DNA of 64,000 bases, from contig JBMFVY010000003.1 in assembly GCA_049965755.1 (NCBI GenBank), positions 1,238-65,237 on the forward strand, read 5' to 3'. Position 1 is the stretch's first letter; each line of letters opens with the position of its first letter. Under the pieces are notes generated by a model. The model was not told the origin of the DNA, did not search any database, and saw only the letters and a list, made by a program, of their open reading frames with translations. Shown here piece after piece: positions 18,682-28,776 of the stretch. Origin of the DNA: Phycisphaerae bacterium. GTDB taxonomy: Bacteria > Planctomycetota > Phycisphaerae > WQYP01. A program made the translations under genes and the position numbers.

Positions 18682-19584
18682 TCAAGCCTGCCCCTCCGTC
18701 ACCACCGGGTTACGCAGGCGCCCCAGCGCTTCAATTTCAATTTCCACCACATCACCTTCCTTGAGCCAGCGTGGCGGAGTTCGCCCCATCCCGACTCCAG
18801 CCGGGGTGCCGGTGAGGATGATGGTGCCCGACAGAAGCGTAGTGGAGCCGGAAAGAAATTCGATAATCCGGGGGATGGAAAAAATCATGTCGGCCGTCGA
18901 ACTCTCCTGCATCAGTTCACCACTGACCCACGTGCGAATCTTCAGATTCATCGGATCAAATTCGCCGTTTTCATTGGTAACAACCGCCGGCCCGACGGGG
19001 CAGAAAGTATCAAAGGATTTGGCCCGGCACCATTGCGAACCGCCCCACTGCTTCTGCCAATCGCGGGCGGAGACATCGTTGGCGATGGTGTAACCAAAAA
19101 CATATTTCAAGGCATCGCGCTGCGATACATTTTTACACCGTCGGCCGATGACCACCGCCAATTCTCCCTCGTAATCCACCTGGCCGCTGGCCAAGTGCGT
19201 AGGGAGTTCAATGGGTTGATCCGGGCCGATGACGGAGGCGGGATTTTTGAAAAAGACCACCGGATATTGCGGCTCTTTGGCCCCTGTTTCCGCGGCGTGG
19301 GCGCGATAGTTAAGCCCGATACAAATGATGGCGGGCGGTTGCACGGGGGCTAAAAATTGAGGGCTCCCCTTCATTTGATGAGTGAACGTAAAGCCGGCTT
19401 CAAACGATCCATCGAGAAGTGACACCATGCCGTTGCCGAGCAGATATCCCCATTGAGGTTCACCACGTGCATTTGGTACTTTGACCAGTTTAGACAAAGA
19501 TCGGCCTTTCTCCGAAAGTTGGCGCGGGTCAGACAGGTCGCCAAATCTCCTGTCACCGGCGCGACTGCCTAAGTATGTTGCCAT
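18682..19584 (-). CDS. fumarylacetoacetate hydrolase (FAH) family protein
   Basis: FAH-fold motifs (YEGELAVVIGRRCKNV...GYTIANDVSARDWQ...ILTGTPAGVG). The true start may lie internal to the track ORF. Confidence 0.85.
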   Translation of the reverse strand: MATYLGSRAGDRRFGDLSDPRQLSEKGRSLSKLVKVPNARGEPQWGYLLGNGMVSLLDGSFEAGFTFTHQMKGSPQFLAPVQPPAIICIGLNYRAHAAETGAKEPQYPVVFFKNPASVIGPDQPIELPTHLASGQVDYEGELAVVIGRRCKNVSQRDALKYVFGYTIANDVSARDWQKQWGGSQWCRAKSFDTFCPVGPAVVTNENGEFDPMNLKIRTWVSGELMQESSTADMIFSIPRIIEFLSGSTTLLSGTIILTGTPAGVGMGRTPPRWLKEGDVVEIEIEALGRLRNPVVTEGQA

Positions 19585-19821
19585 GGAAAGGAGAATATTT
19601 CAAAAAAGCCAGAATAAGGCGATGATTTTCGGCGTGGCGATCTTTACGGGCGTGTGCGATGCAATCTGATTATAACCGTCGGAGAGCCGGTGGCCGCGCC
19701 GGCAGATAGGTGAAAGTTGACAGGAGCGCAAGTATGCAGCCGTAATGCGCACGGCGGGATTTATATTCGCCCACCGCAATGAGCATAAAGGCTTTTCGCT
19801 CTGCCTTCGGCGGTTGAAGTT

Positions 19822-22800
19822 TTAATGGAAATCACGGGACTGGCTTTCGATTCGGGCGTTTGGAAATAATTTCGGCAGACTCCAAGCTTTATAGACCAGA
19901 ATATGTACCACAGTGTCCCGGCGTTCCACTTTACCTTTGACGATAATCGCCGGGGCAAGCCGAAGCGCCCGACGGTATTTTTCATAGATCGACGGTTTGA
20001 TGATCAGATTGGCGATGCCGGTTTCATCCTCGATGGTGATGAAGGTGATGCCTTTGGCGGTGGCAGGCCGCTGTCGAACCAGCACCACACCGGCGACGGT
20101 AGCACGGGTGCCGTCGGGGAAATGCCGTTCGTCGATGATATCGGCGGTTGCGATGATGCGCCGCTGATTCAGCGCCTCACGAAAGAACGACATGGGATGA
20201 GCCTTAAGCGAAAACCCCAGGGCCGCATAATCCTGCAGCACTATTTGTTCCGCGGGCAGGACAGGGAGTCGGCATGGATCGCTTTTTTGGGTGCAGCGGT
20301 CAAACAGAGGCATGGGGGCATCGTGCATATTGGCAATGGCCCAGATGGCGGCCTGGCGGGTAAGCCCCATGGAATTAAAGGCATCGGCCCGGGCCAGAAT
20401 CAGCAGTGTCGCCCTGCGGATGCCGGGCGTCATACGCCACAGGCAGGCGGGGGTTTGAAACGGCCCACAGGAACGAACGCTTTGAGCAATTTTTTCGCAT
20501 TCCGCCTGTGGCGCGCCGTGCGCCATTGACAAGCCCAAGCGCAGCGATCGGGATGGATATTCAATGGTGGATTCCCACTGGCTGTGATTGACATCCACCG
20601 GCAGTATCTTGACGCCGTGGGCGGCAGCATCGCGAAGCAGTTGGGCGGGCTGATAAAAACCCATCGGCTGACTGTTGAGCAGCGCGGCGCAGAATTCGGC
20701 CGGGTGGTGACATTTCAGCCATGCCGACACATAGACCAGCAGGGCAAAACTTGCGGCATGCGATTCCGGAAATCCATATTCACCGAAACCGCGAATCTGA
20801 TTAAACACGGCCTGTGCGTACGCCGGTGTGTAGCCGCGGGCGATCATTCCCGCAGTAATTTTCTTTTCAAATACCGCGATGAGATGTCCCTTGCGTTTCC
20901 AGGCGGCCATGGCGCGGCGCAATTGATCCGCCTCGCCGGGAGAAAATCCGGCAGCCGCCATCACCAGCGCCATGGCCTGCTCCTGAAACAGCGGCACCCC
21001 GAGGGTGCGCTGCAGCACCCTGCGGATATGATCATCGGGATAGGTGATGAGTTCCTCGCCGTTACGCCGCCGCAGGTAAGGATGCACCATGTCGCCGACG
21101 ATCGGCCCGGGCCGGACAATCGCGACCTCGATAACCAAATCGTAATAGCAACGGGGTTTGAGACGCGGCAACATGGTCATCTGGGCGCGACTTTCAACCT
21201 GAAACACTCCGATGGAATCGGCCCGGCAGAGCATGTCATACACCGCCGAGTCTTCGGCCGGGATCGTATGCAATTCCAGATTCGCGTCCAATCCGTCCAT
21301 CCTGCGCCCCTGATTGACGAGATCAATCCCCCTGCGGATGGCGGTGAGCATGCCCAGCGCCAGGATGTCCACCTTCAGCATGCCCATGGCGTCAATATCA
21401 TCTTTATCCCATTCGATGATGGTGCGATCCGGCATGGCGGTATTTTCAATCGGGACGCAGCGGCACAGCGGCCCGGCCGTAATAATAAATCCTCCCACAT
21501 GCTGCGAAAGATGGCGTGGAAAGCCCTGAATCTCCTTCGCCAGGGCGATAAGTTCCTGCATGGTGGGATCATCCGGATGCAGGCCGATCTCCCGCAGTTG
21601 CCGGGGATCAAGCACCCGCTTTTCCCACCAATCGGCGGCATCGGCCAGGCGATCAACGGCGTCGAGCGAAAGGCCCAGCGCTTTGCCCACATCGCGCACG
21701 GCACTGCGACGGCGATAGGTGATAACTTCCGCCGTGAGCGCAACACGGTCGGTACCATATTTGCGGTACAGATAATCGATCACTTCCTGACGCCGCTGAT
21801 GTTCAAAATCAATATCGATATCGGGCGGTTCACGGCGCTCGCGGCTGATAAAACGTTCCACAAGCAGATCAATACGGGCAGGGTCCACGGCCGTGATTCC
21901 CAGGCAATAACAGACGGTGGAATTGGCGGCGGCTCCTCTTCCCTGGCACAGAATGCCCCGGGATCGGGCGAAGCGGACCAGATCATCGACGGTCAGAAAA
22001 TAGGGGGCGTAATTCAGGTCGTCGATGAGCTGAAATTCATGTTCGAGCCGACGATTAACATCCTCCGGTACGCCGTGCGGATAACGCTGCTGTGCTCCGC
22101 GGCGGGTTAAATCGATCAGATGGCTCATCATGATTTTACCGGGGGGGCAGAGTTCGGAGGGGTATTGATATTGGATATGATCCAGCGAAAAGGCCCGGGC
22201 ACGATCTGCGATTTCCACCGTGCGGTATACCGCTGCGGGCATATCCGCGAACAAGCGCAGCATTTCAGCGGGCCCCTTGATATGGCGCTGGGCGTTGGCA
22301 AAGAGATGAAATCCCGCCTGCGACCGCTCCATGCCCAGGCGTGTGCAGGTTAAAACATCCTGCAGGGCCTGACGATACGGCAGGTGGTAATGCACATCAT
22401 TGACCGCCACCACAGGAATGTGCAGTTGATCCGACCAGCGCCAAATAACGCTTTCGCGATACGCATCGTGGGGATCGTAGCAGCGGCTTACGGCCAGGGA
22501 GAGCCGATCGTCATCAAATACCGCGTGGAGCCGATGTAAGATGTCGGCGAAGGATTCTGTGGGGATCGGCGGAGGAACTGCAACGGCGAGAAGATCGGAA
22601 CTCAGCTCGATGAGATCATCGAGAGTTAAAAAGCATTTTCCCTTGGGGGCACGACGTTTGCCGCGTGTCAGCAATTGGCAGAGATCCCCGTAACCGCGCA
22701 GGGAAAAGGGATATACCAGAACGGAAACCGGCGGCGATCCCCCAGACGGAAGCGGTGATCTGTCCGGCTGAAAAGCGGCAGGATCGGTTTGAAGGTGAAG

Positions 22801-23064
22801 ATGGGCACCGACGATCAGGGGGATGCCCAGTTCACGGGCGGCGCAGTGGGCCCTGACCACGCCGGCGAGCGTCTGGATGTCGGTCAGTGCAACGGCATGG
22901 AGGCCGACTTCCACGGCACGGCTGATGATTTCCTCCGGATGACTGGCACCGCGAAGAAATGAAAAATTACTAACCACCTGCAGTTCTGCATAGGGGCCGG
23001 CGGCCGGGCGTTCGGAAACGGGGTTGACCTGCGGTTTGCACCGCGGCATAGGGGATTCCGGCAT
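19822..23064 (-). CDS. dnaE2: error-prone DNA polymerase (DnaE2/ImuC), mutasome subunit
   Basis: 1080 aa with an N-terminal PHP domain (VSNFSFLRGASHPEEI...) and Pol III alpha core, shorter than replicative DnaE. Directly downstream of imuB. Confidence 0.9.
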   Translation of the reverse strand: MPESPMPRCKPQVNPVSERPAAGPYAELQVVSNFSFLRGASHPEEIISRAVEVGLHAVALTDIQTLAGVVRAHCAARELGIPLIVGAHLHLQTDPAAFQPDRSPLPSGGSPPVSVLVYPFSLRGYGDLCQLLTRGKRRAPKGKCFLTLDDLIELSSDLLAVAVPPPIPTESFADILHRLHAVFDDDRLSLAVSRCYDPHDAYRESVIWRWSDQLHIPVVAVNDVHYHLPYRQALQDVLTCTRLGMERSQAGFHLFANAQRHIKGPAEMLRLFADMPAAVYRTVEIADRARAFSLDHIQYQYPSELCPPGKIMMSHLIDLTRRGAQQRYPHGVPEDVNRRLEHEFQLIDDLNYAPYFLTVDDLVRFARSRGILCQGRGAAANSTVCYCLGITAVDPARIDLLVERFISRERREPPDIDIDFEHQRRQEVIDYLYRKYGTDRVALTAEVITYRRRSAVRDVGKALGLSLDAVDRLADAADWWEKRVLDPRQLREIGLHPDDPTMQELIALAKEIQGFPRHLSQHVGGFIITAGPLCRCVPIENTAMPDRTIIEWDKDDIDAMGMLKVDILALGMLTAIRRGIDLVNQGRRMDGLDANLELHTIPAEDSAVYDMLCRADSIGVFQVESRAQMTMLPRLKPRCYYDLVIEVAIVRPGPIVGDMVHPYLRRRNGEELITYPDDHIRRVLQRTLGVPLFQEQAMALVMAAAGFSPGEADQLRRAMAAWKRKGHLIAVFEKKITAGMIARGYTPAYAQAVFNQIRGFGEYGFPESHAASFALLVYVSAWLKCHHPAEFCAALLNSQPMGFYQPAQLLRDAAAHGVKILPVDVNHSQWESTIEYPSRSLRLGLSMAHGAPQAECEKIAQSVRSCGPFQTPACLWRMTPGIRRATLLILARADAFNSMGLTRQAAIWAIANMHDAPMPLFDRCTQKSDPCRLPVLPAEQIVLQDYAALGFSLKAHPMSFFREALNQRRIIATADIIDERHFPDGTRATVAGVVLVRQRPATAKGITFITIEDETGIANLIIKPSIYEKYRRALRLAPAIIVKGKVERRDTVVHILVYKAWSLPKLFPNARIESQSRDFH

Positions 23065-23066
23065 GG

Positions 23067-24650
23067 TCAGCCCCAGATTCCATGTACAAACCAGCGGTCA
23101 TCTTCCAGCCGATGGTAGACCCACAGCCAGCGGCCGTCCGGCAGTTGCAGTTTGAAGTAATCACGGGTTTGGCAGTGTGAAAGTGTGCGTTGGGTGACGA
23201 TGCGTTCCGGCCCGATACGGCTGATGACCGGATAATTGGTGCCGCGCCATTCAATGCGGTACGGCGGAGATTCCGGCTGCAGGGCGACACATTGTGCGAT
23301 CTCCGGCTGATCCAGCAGAATGGACGGGCGGTCCAGCGGCGGCCATTTGCATGCAGGTGTGCCGGCATGATCGAATGCAGAAATCTTGATCGGCTCCCGA
23401 CGAGCGGCACATTCCGGAATATGCGATGCCGCCGGTGCCGATCGGAGAAGACATCGGCCGCCCCATTTATTGATAAGCCGATCGAGAAGTTCGCGAAGTT
23501 GGTCGGTATCTGCGCGGGCGGGATCGACAGGAAGCATGGGGGCTTGCCCAGGCCCGATGCGGCTGGTTCTTACCGCCGTGAGGGTAATCGCCTGCACACC
23601 GTCGCCGAGGTGCATGCGCTCCACATAGGGACGAATAACTGTCCACCAATGGCGTGGTTCGCAGACGGGGCGCATCAATGAAATTTTTTTTATATTCGGC
23701 GGGTGATAAGGCCGGTGAAATACCACCTCCAGTTCACGGGCGCCCATCCACTGAAGCGATAACTGTGCCGAGAGTTCGTGGATAAGTTCTTCCACCGCAG
23801 CCATAATCATTTCCAGTTGAATTATTGAGGCTTCAAATTGCCGGGTGGCTGAATATGTCGGACGATCCCGGAACGGTTCGATATCCTCATGCACCCGTCC
23901 GAGAGCCTGATCCAGACGCCTCAGCACCTCGGGGCCGAAACGATCCGTCACAGCTGGCCGTGGTATATCCATTAAATGTTGAATTTCAGTTATACCGACG
24001 GCAGCAAGATTGCGGCATATATCCGGCGATAATCTCAATGCCGCCACGGGCAGATGGGCCAGCATCCGGGATATCGATTCATGATCCGGAGAGGGCGGCG
24101 CATGGGGGCCGTAGTGCGCCAGTGCCCAGGCGGCGCCGATGGTGGGAGCTTCCGCCAGACGGGTGGAAAATCCCAGTTCGGTCAGTGACCGGCGGATTCG
24201 ATCTGCCGGAGGCCGGGAGCCGACGTGCAGATGCCCGGTTCCGGATATGTCAATGAATAATCCGTGCGAAGCGGTCGGAAAGGCTTCATCCGTATGATGC
24301 GGAGTCGGATCAATCATGACGCGCGGAGAAAATCGACCGGCCCATCGGGCCAGCTTCTCGATCGCCTGCTGATACACATCCGGCTGCCGGGGATGAATCT
24401 CCGCCTGCGGGCAAAGTGCCGCCGCTTCAGCCAGGTTCATGCCCGGTACAACACCGGCGGCCGCAGCGGCCGGACAGCACCGCATCACATACCGGCGCTG
24501 ATCAATCTCGGCCGTGATGATCAGCGGCGGGAATCGACGCCGACTCTGCGCGGGGAAGCGTTTACCCGACCTTCGCGGCGATGATCGGATATGCCGTCGT
24601 GCGAGTTCCACTTCCCAATGCGGGAGATATACGCATATAACCCGCTCCAT
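23067..24650 (-). CDS. imuB: ImuB, catalytically inactive Y-family polymerase-like mutasome subunit
   Basis: Y-family (DinB-like) N-terminal fold without the catalytic acidic triad. Sits in canonical imuA-imuB-dnaE2 order, with a 2-nt gap to dnaE2. Confidence 0.85.
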   Translation of the reverse strand: MERVICVYLPHWEVELARRHIRSSPRRSGKRFPAQSRRRFPPLIITAEIDQRRYVMRCCPAAAAAGVVPGMNLAEAAALCPQAEIHPRQPDVYQQAIEKLARWAGRFSPRVMIDPTPHHTDEAFPTASHGLFIDISGTGHLHVGSRPPADRIRRSLTELGFSTRLAEAPTIGAAWALAHYGPHAPPSPDHESISRMLAHLPVAALRLSPDICRNLAAVGITEIQHLMDIPRPAVTDRFGPEVLRRLDQALGRVHEDIEPFRDRPTYSATRQFEASIIQLEMIMAAVEELIHELSAQLSLQWMGARELEVVFHRPYHPPNIKKISLMRPVCEPRHWWTVIRPYVERMHLGDGVQAITLTAVRTSRIGPGQAPMLPVDPARADTDQLRELLDRLINKWGGRCLLRSAPAASHIPECAARREPIKISAFDHAGTPACKWPPLDRPSILLDQPEIAQCVALQPESPPYRIEWRGTNYPVISRIGPERIVTQRTLSHCQTRDYFKLQLPDGRWLWVYHRLEDDRWFVHGIWG

Positions 24651-25310
24651 GTACCACCTCGTAATTCCATGATGCCGTCCATTGATTCACCAACCTTGCC
24701 GGGCGTTTTTTGGCGGTGACCAGATGAATATCCCATTGAGGCTGATTGACACTCGACGGGCGGGGGCGGATATGCCAGCGTGTAAGAGCCCAGCAATGAC
24801 CGGCAGATTGAGTCATGGGCCGGGCCAAGAGGATGCGGGTCTGCCCCGCTTCCGCCGCCAGTTGCAGACGCCGGCCAACTGAAAGCGGAATATCTTCCAT
24901 TGCAGAGGCCACGATGAGGGGCACCGAACGACATCGGGCGGCCTGCACGATGCCATCAAGCCACTGCTCGGCGGAAAGGGGATCAAAATAAATCCCTTCC
25001 ACCGTGCCCGAATTAACACCACACCCGGCTGCCTGTAAAAAAAACCAATTCGGCCAACAGCGGCGACCGACCCAGAGCACATATCGGTCGGCCGCCAATT
25101 TGCAGGCCATGGATGCCAGAAGGGTAAGCGGCGGGTGCCAATTATCGATTGACGGACCCGCGCTGAAAAATTCGTGCACACCTCCGGTAGAGAGCTCAGC
25201 GAAGGGATCGGACGAAGATATGGGGGTGGAGGTGGCTGATGGTGCGGACTCAGCGACCTGAATATCTTCCGCACGGCGCAGATTCAAATCTGATATCAGC
25301 GATTGAATGG
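24562..25310 (-). CDS. imuA: ImuA (RecA/SulA-like) mutasome subunit
   Basis: RecA-fold-like core and first position in the imuA-imuB-dnaE2 cassette. Start placed at ATG 25310 (MNDPIQ...), preceded by GGGAGAA; the track ORF to 25485 would read through the promoter. An 88-nt overlap with imuB. Confidence 0.75.
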
Positions 25311-25330
25311 GGTCATTCATATGACATTCT

Positions 25331-25370
25331 CCCGTTACCAATGTTAGGTATATGTTAGGTATTTGACGGG
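25331..25370 (-). promoter_or_regulatory. imuA promoter with candidate operator(s)
   Basis: On the minus strand: TTGACA (-35, 25365-25370), a 17-nt spacer, TAACAT (-10). The -35 lies in the inverted repeat TTGAC-N8-GTCAA (25353-25370). The -10/+1 region is the tandem 11-bp direct repeat ATGTTAGGTAT x2 (25331-25352). Confidence 0.4.
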
Positions 25371-25470
25371 GGAATGTCAAAGCGCCCGACGTGGGATGAA
25401 AATCCCCACGGTATGGCCATTGCGAGGGGTGCCGGATAATATGGAATATGCTGGCGGCGGATGATGGTGA

Positions 25471-26412
25471 ATGAAGAAAAAACATCCTTTTCTGGACTAT
25501 CTGGTGGCGGTATCGGCCCGAAGCGTTTCCATGCTGTTGGGGTTGTTTCCCGTCAATGCGAATTTAAGAACCGCCCGTGCTGCGGGGGCGGGGTGGTGGT
25601 TTATCAGCCGCAAGCATCGCGACCGGGCGATGGAAAATCTCACCCGTTCTTTTCCTGATACACCGCCGGAGAAACTTCGCATCATCGCCCGCCAGTCGAT
25701 TGAGCACTTTTTTGAACTGGTCATTGATGTGCTGTTTTCCACCCGGACGATCAATCTGCAGCGATGGCATCGGTTTGTGCATCTGGAGCCCGGCGTACGC
25801 GACGTGCTTGAACTGGCCATGAAGGACCGCGGGGCGATTATGCTCACCGGCCATTATGGCAACTGGGAAATTCTCGGCTACACCATGGCGACGCTGGGAT
25901 TCAAAACCTACAGTGTTGCGAGGCCGATTGATAATCCGCACATTGACGCATGGCTGTTAGGTGTTCGGCAGCGCAAGGGGCAGGTGATTTTATCCAAGCG
26001 AGGTGTGACGACGACCGCACAAGATGTGCTGAAAAACGGAGGCGTTCTGGGACTGATCGCCGATCAAAATGCAGGCCCCAAGGGGATGTTCGTGCCGTTT
26101 TTCGGCCGCCTGGCCAGTACTTACAAAAGTATCGGCCTGCTGGCGATTGAATATCAGGTGCCGGTGATCATCGGCTATGCCCGGCGGCGTGGAGATCGGT
26201 TTGAATTTGATGTCGGCGTGAGCGATATCATCTACCCGCAGGACTGGGCGGACGAATCGGACGAATTGCGCTATATCACGGAACGTTATACGGCGGCGAT
26301 TGAAACTTTTGTACGGCAGGATCCGAGTCAATATCTGTGGATTCACCGACGGTGGAAAACACGACCGAAGAATGAGATCGCCGAGGCAACATCCACCATG
26401 ACAACGGGTTGA
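25471..26412 (+). CDS. lysophospholipid/lipid A late acyltransferase (LpxL/HtrB family, LPLAT)
   Basis: LPLAT signature region (HYGNWEILG...GLIADQN...). Divergently transcribed from imuA. Confidence 0.85.
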   Translation: MKKKHPFLDYLVAVSARSVSMLLGLFPVNANLRTARAAGAGWWFISRKHRDRAMENLTRSFPDTPPEKLRIIARQSIEHFFELVIDVLFSTRTINLQRWHRFVHLEPGVRDVLELAMKDRGAIMLTGHYGNWEILGYTMATLGFKTYSVARPIDNPHIDAWLLGVRQRKGQVILSKRGVTTTAQDVLKNGGVLGLIADQNAGPKGMFVPFFGRLASTYKSIGLLAIEYQVPVIIGYARRRGDRFEFDVGVSDIIYPQDWADESDELRYITERYTAAIETFVRQDPSQYLWIHRRWKTRPKNEIAEATSTMTTG

Positions 26413-26455
26413 TCTACCCCGTGCGGGTGAATGTCGGCGGAAGACGGTGGGCTGA

Positions 26456-26698
26456 TTATTTGCTGTTGGATGCATCGGAGGGCCGATCGCCGGAGGAGGC
26501 CTTTGCCTTTTTCTCTGCAATCCAGCCGAAAAATGTCATCGGCACGCCGAAAATCAGCAGCACAATTCCCCAATAAAGGTCAATGTTGATGTGCTCGGTG
26601 ATGTTCGGAATGTAGGTGGGCGACACGAGGGCATAAATCGTGATGATGATGCCCACCAGGATGAAGAAGATGCCAATCGGTAATCGCAGATCAATCAT
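26456..26698 (-). CDS. small two-TM membrane protein downstream of the Na+/solute symporter
   Basis: 80 aa with two hydrophobic helices. A 49-nt gap after the SSS transporter gene on the same strand. Confidence 0.4.
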   Translation of the reverse strand: MIDLRLPIGIFFILVGIIITIYALVSPTYIPNITEHINIDLYWGIVLLIFGVPMTFFGWIAEKKAKASSGDRPSDASNSK

Positions 26699-26747
26699 AT
26701 TTCAAACTCCGTAAACAATGCTCTCCACGCACCATGCACCAGATCTA

Positions 26748-28637
26748 TCACCAGAATAGCAGATTCAGGATCAGGGTGCAGATCAGGGCGACAATACCAA
26801 TGAACAGAGGCCTGCGCCAAACGGGGACATCGTGAGCCTCGGGCTTGGGTGTGAGCTGGTACACAAGACCGACTAGCTGTTCACGCGGTTTATTCTTCGT
26901 GAAGAGACTGACAATGATGGTCGCCGCCGCACCGGCACAGAAAGACCATACCGCGCACCAGAATGCGCCGGAGGTACCGTTGTTGAAGGTATGTGCCATG
27001 GGCAGGCCGGGGAACCGGAGGACAAAAAGCGTTGCCGAGGTAAGGGTACCGATGATGATACCGGCAAAACCGCCCATGGGAGTGGTAAAGCTGGCGAACA
27101 TCCCCAGCAGGAAGACCGAAATAAGCGGTGCATTCACCACGCCGAAGATATTCTGCGTATAACCCATGATGCTGCGTGATCCGGCGACCGCGTAGGCGAA
27201 AGCGACACTGATGATAATCCCAACGACGGTCATCAGACGACCAAAATTGAGATAGTGCTTGTCGGGTGCATTGGGGCGGATGTAGGCGGCGTAAAGATCA
27301 TAGGTGACCACCGTATTAAATGCGGTGACGTTACCCGCCATACCGGACATGAATGACGCCATCAAAGCGGTAAGGCCCAGCCCCAGCAGACCGGCCGGGT
27401 AGTACTTGGCCATCATCAGTGGCATCACGTTGTTAAATGTTTTTGTCGGCGAGATACCATGGCCGCTGGGAAGCAGATGAGGGATCAGCGGAATGGCGAG
27501 TACGCCCGGCAGAATGACGATGAAGGGGAACAGCATTTTGGGAAACGCCGCCAGAAGAGGCGTATCCTGAGCTGCGGTAAGGTCCTTTGCGGCCAAGGCA
27601 CGCTGGACGACAAGGAAGTTGGTACACCAGTAGGAGAACGAGAGCACAAATCCCAGGCCGAGCACGACGCCGGGCCATGAAATCTGCAGAGGGTTGTTGA
27701 TGCCCCCCATGTGCGCCCAGGTATGGAGCCACTGTGAGCCGGAAAGTTTAACCCCGGCGGTGGCGACTGCCGCCGCTGCGGGTGTATGGCCGGCCGAATT
27801 TCCGTGCAAAGCCGCGTGCAGACTGCCTGCCGCGCCGGCGGCAACGGCGTGAAGTTTGTGGGTAGCGGCAGCGGCTGCTTCTTTCGGGTAGATGGCGTAG
27901 CGCTGATGCGTCTTGAGCCAATGTTTGAAATGGGCCCAACCATGATTGGCAATCAGGGCGATGATGGTGAGCGGGGCGACACCGAATACAATCAGGAAGA
28001 ACTGGAGCACCTCGTTGTAGATGCTGGCGGTCAATCCGCCGAGAAAGGTGTAAACCAGTACCACTGCCGCCGATATCAGAACGCTGACATTGAAGTTGAG
28101 GCCCAGAAAGTCCTGAAGCACCAGAGCAAGGGCGTACATGCTGATGCCGGAGATAGCCGGGGTGAAGATGGCAAAGGTGATCGCATTGACGAAACGCGTA
28201 CCTTCGTTGTAACGCTTATTGAGAAACTCCGGCACGCTGCGAACCTTGCTGCCGTAGAAGAACCGCATCATCGCCACGCCCATGAAGACCATGGCGGGAA
28301 TCGCACCGATCCAGTAGTAGTTGGCGGTGATCATGCCGTATTCGTAGCCGCTGGTCGCCATCCCCATGACTTCCAGTGCGCCGAGATTGGCGGAGATAAA
28401 TGCCAAACCGGTGATCCACGACGGGATGCTGCGACCGGAGAGGAAGAAATCTTCGCTGGTTTTCTGCTTGCGGCCGGTGAGGATACCGATCCCGACCACA
28501 AAGAGAAGATAAACGACCAATACCGCGTAATCGATCGGATGCATCACCAGCAGCGGACCGTGCTTGACCGCGACGGTTGTCGGCACAGTGAGCGCCCCCA
28601 CGAAATGCCCGAAAGATAACGTTCCATCCACGATCAA
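26748..28637 (-). CDS. sodium:solute symporter (SSS family) transporter
   Basis: 13-14 TM helices with SSS-family conserved regions. Contains an unusual Ala/Gly/His-rich insertion around residues 245-300. Confidence 0.9.
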   Translation of the reverse strand: MIVDGTLSFGHFVGALTVPTTVAVKHGPLLVMHPIDYAVLVVYLLFVVGIGILTGRKQKTSEDFFLSGRSIPSWITGLAFISANLGALEVMGMATSGYEYGMITANYYWIGAIPAMVFMGVAMMRFFYGSKVRSVPEFLNKRYNEGTRFVNAITFAIFTPAISGISMYALALVLQDFLGLNFNVSVLISAAVVLVYTFLGGLTASIYNEVLQFFLIVFGVAPLTIIALIANHGWAHFKHWLKTHQRYAIYPKEAAAAATHKLHAVAAGAAGSLHAALHGNSAGHTPAAAAVATAGVKLSGSQWLHTWAHMGGINNPLQISWPGVVLGLGFVLSFSYWCTNFLVVQRALAAKDLTAAQDTPLLAAFPKMLFPFIVILPGVLAIPLIPHLLPSGHGISPTKTFNNVMPLMMAKYYPAGLLGLGLTALMASFMSGMAGNVTAFNTVVTYDLYAAYIRPNAPDKHYLNFGRLMTVVGIIISVAFAYAVAGSRSIMGYTQNIFGVVNAPLISVFLLGMFASFTTPMGGFAGIIIGTLTSATLFVLRFPGLPMAHTFNNGTSGAFWCAVWSFCAGAAATIIVSLFTKNKPREQLVGLVYQLTPKPEAHDVPVWRRPLFIGIVALICTLILNLLFW

Positions 28638-28776
28638 CCTCCGAAGTTCACCTTACCGCCATACATCTTTATTCAGACGCCGGAGCGTCAAACCGAATTG
28701 CGACCCGTTGGTGCCGCATCAGGGAAACAAATGCTACCCGAATGCGCGCCGGCGTCAAATGCGAGGAGAGGGTGCT

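Noticed and set aside
20584-22110. 508-aa plus-strand ORF inside dnaE2
   Set aside because: Fully antisense to a conserved polymerase gene. His/Gly/Arg-rich composition with no recognisable domain. GC-driven open frame.
25311-25485. Upstream extension of imuA to ATG 25485
   Set aside because: It would translate the promoter direct repeats (LTFPRQIPNIYLTLVTGE). The ATG at 25310 has a GGGAGAA RBS and yields a standard-length ImuA.
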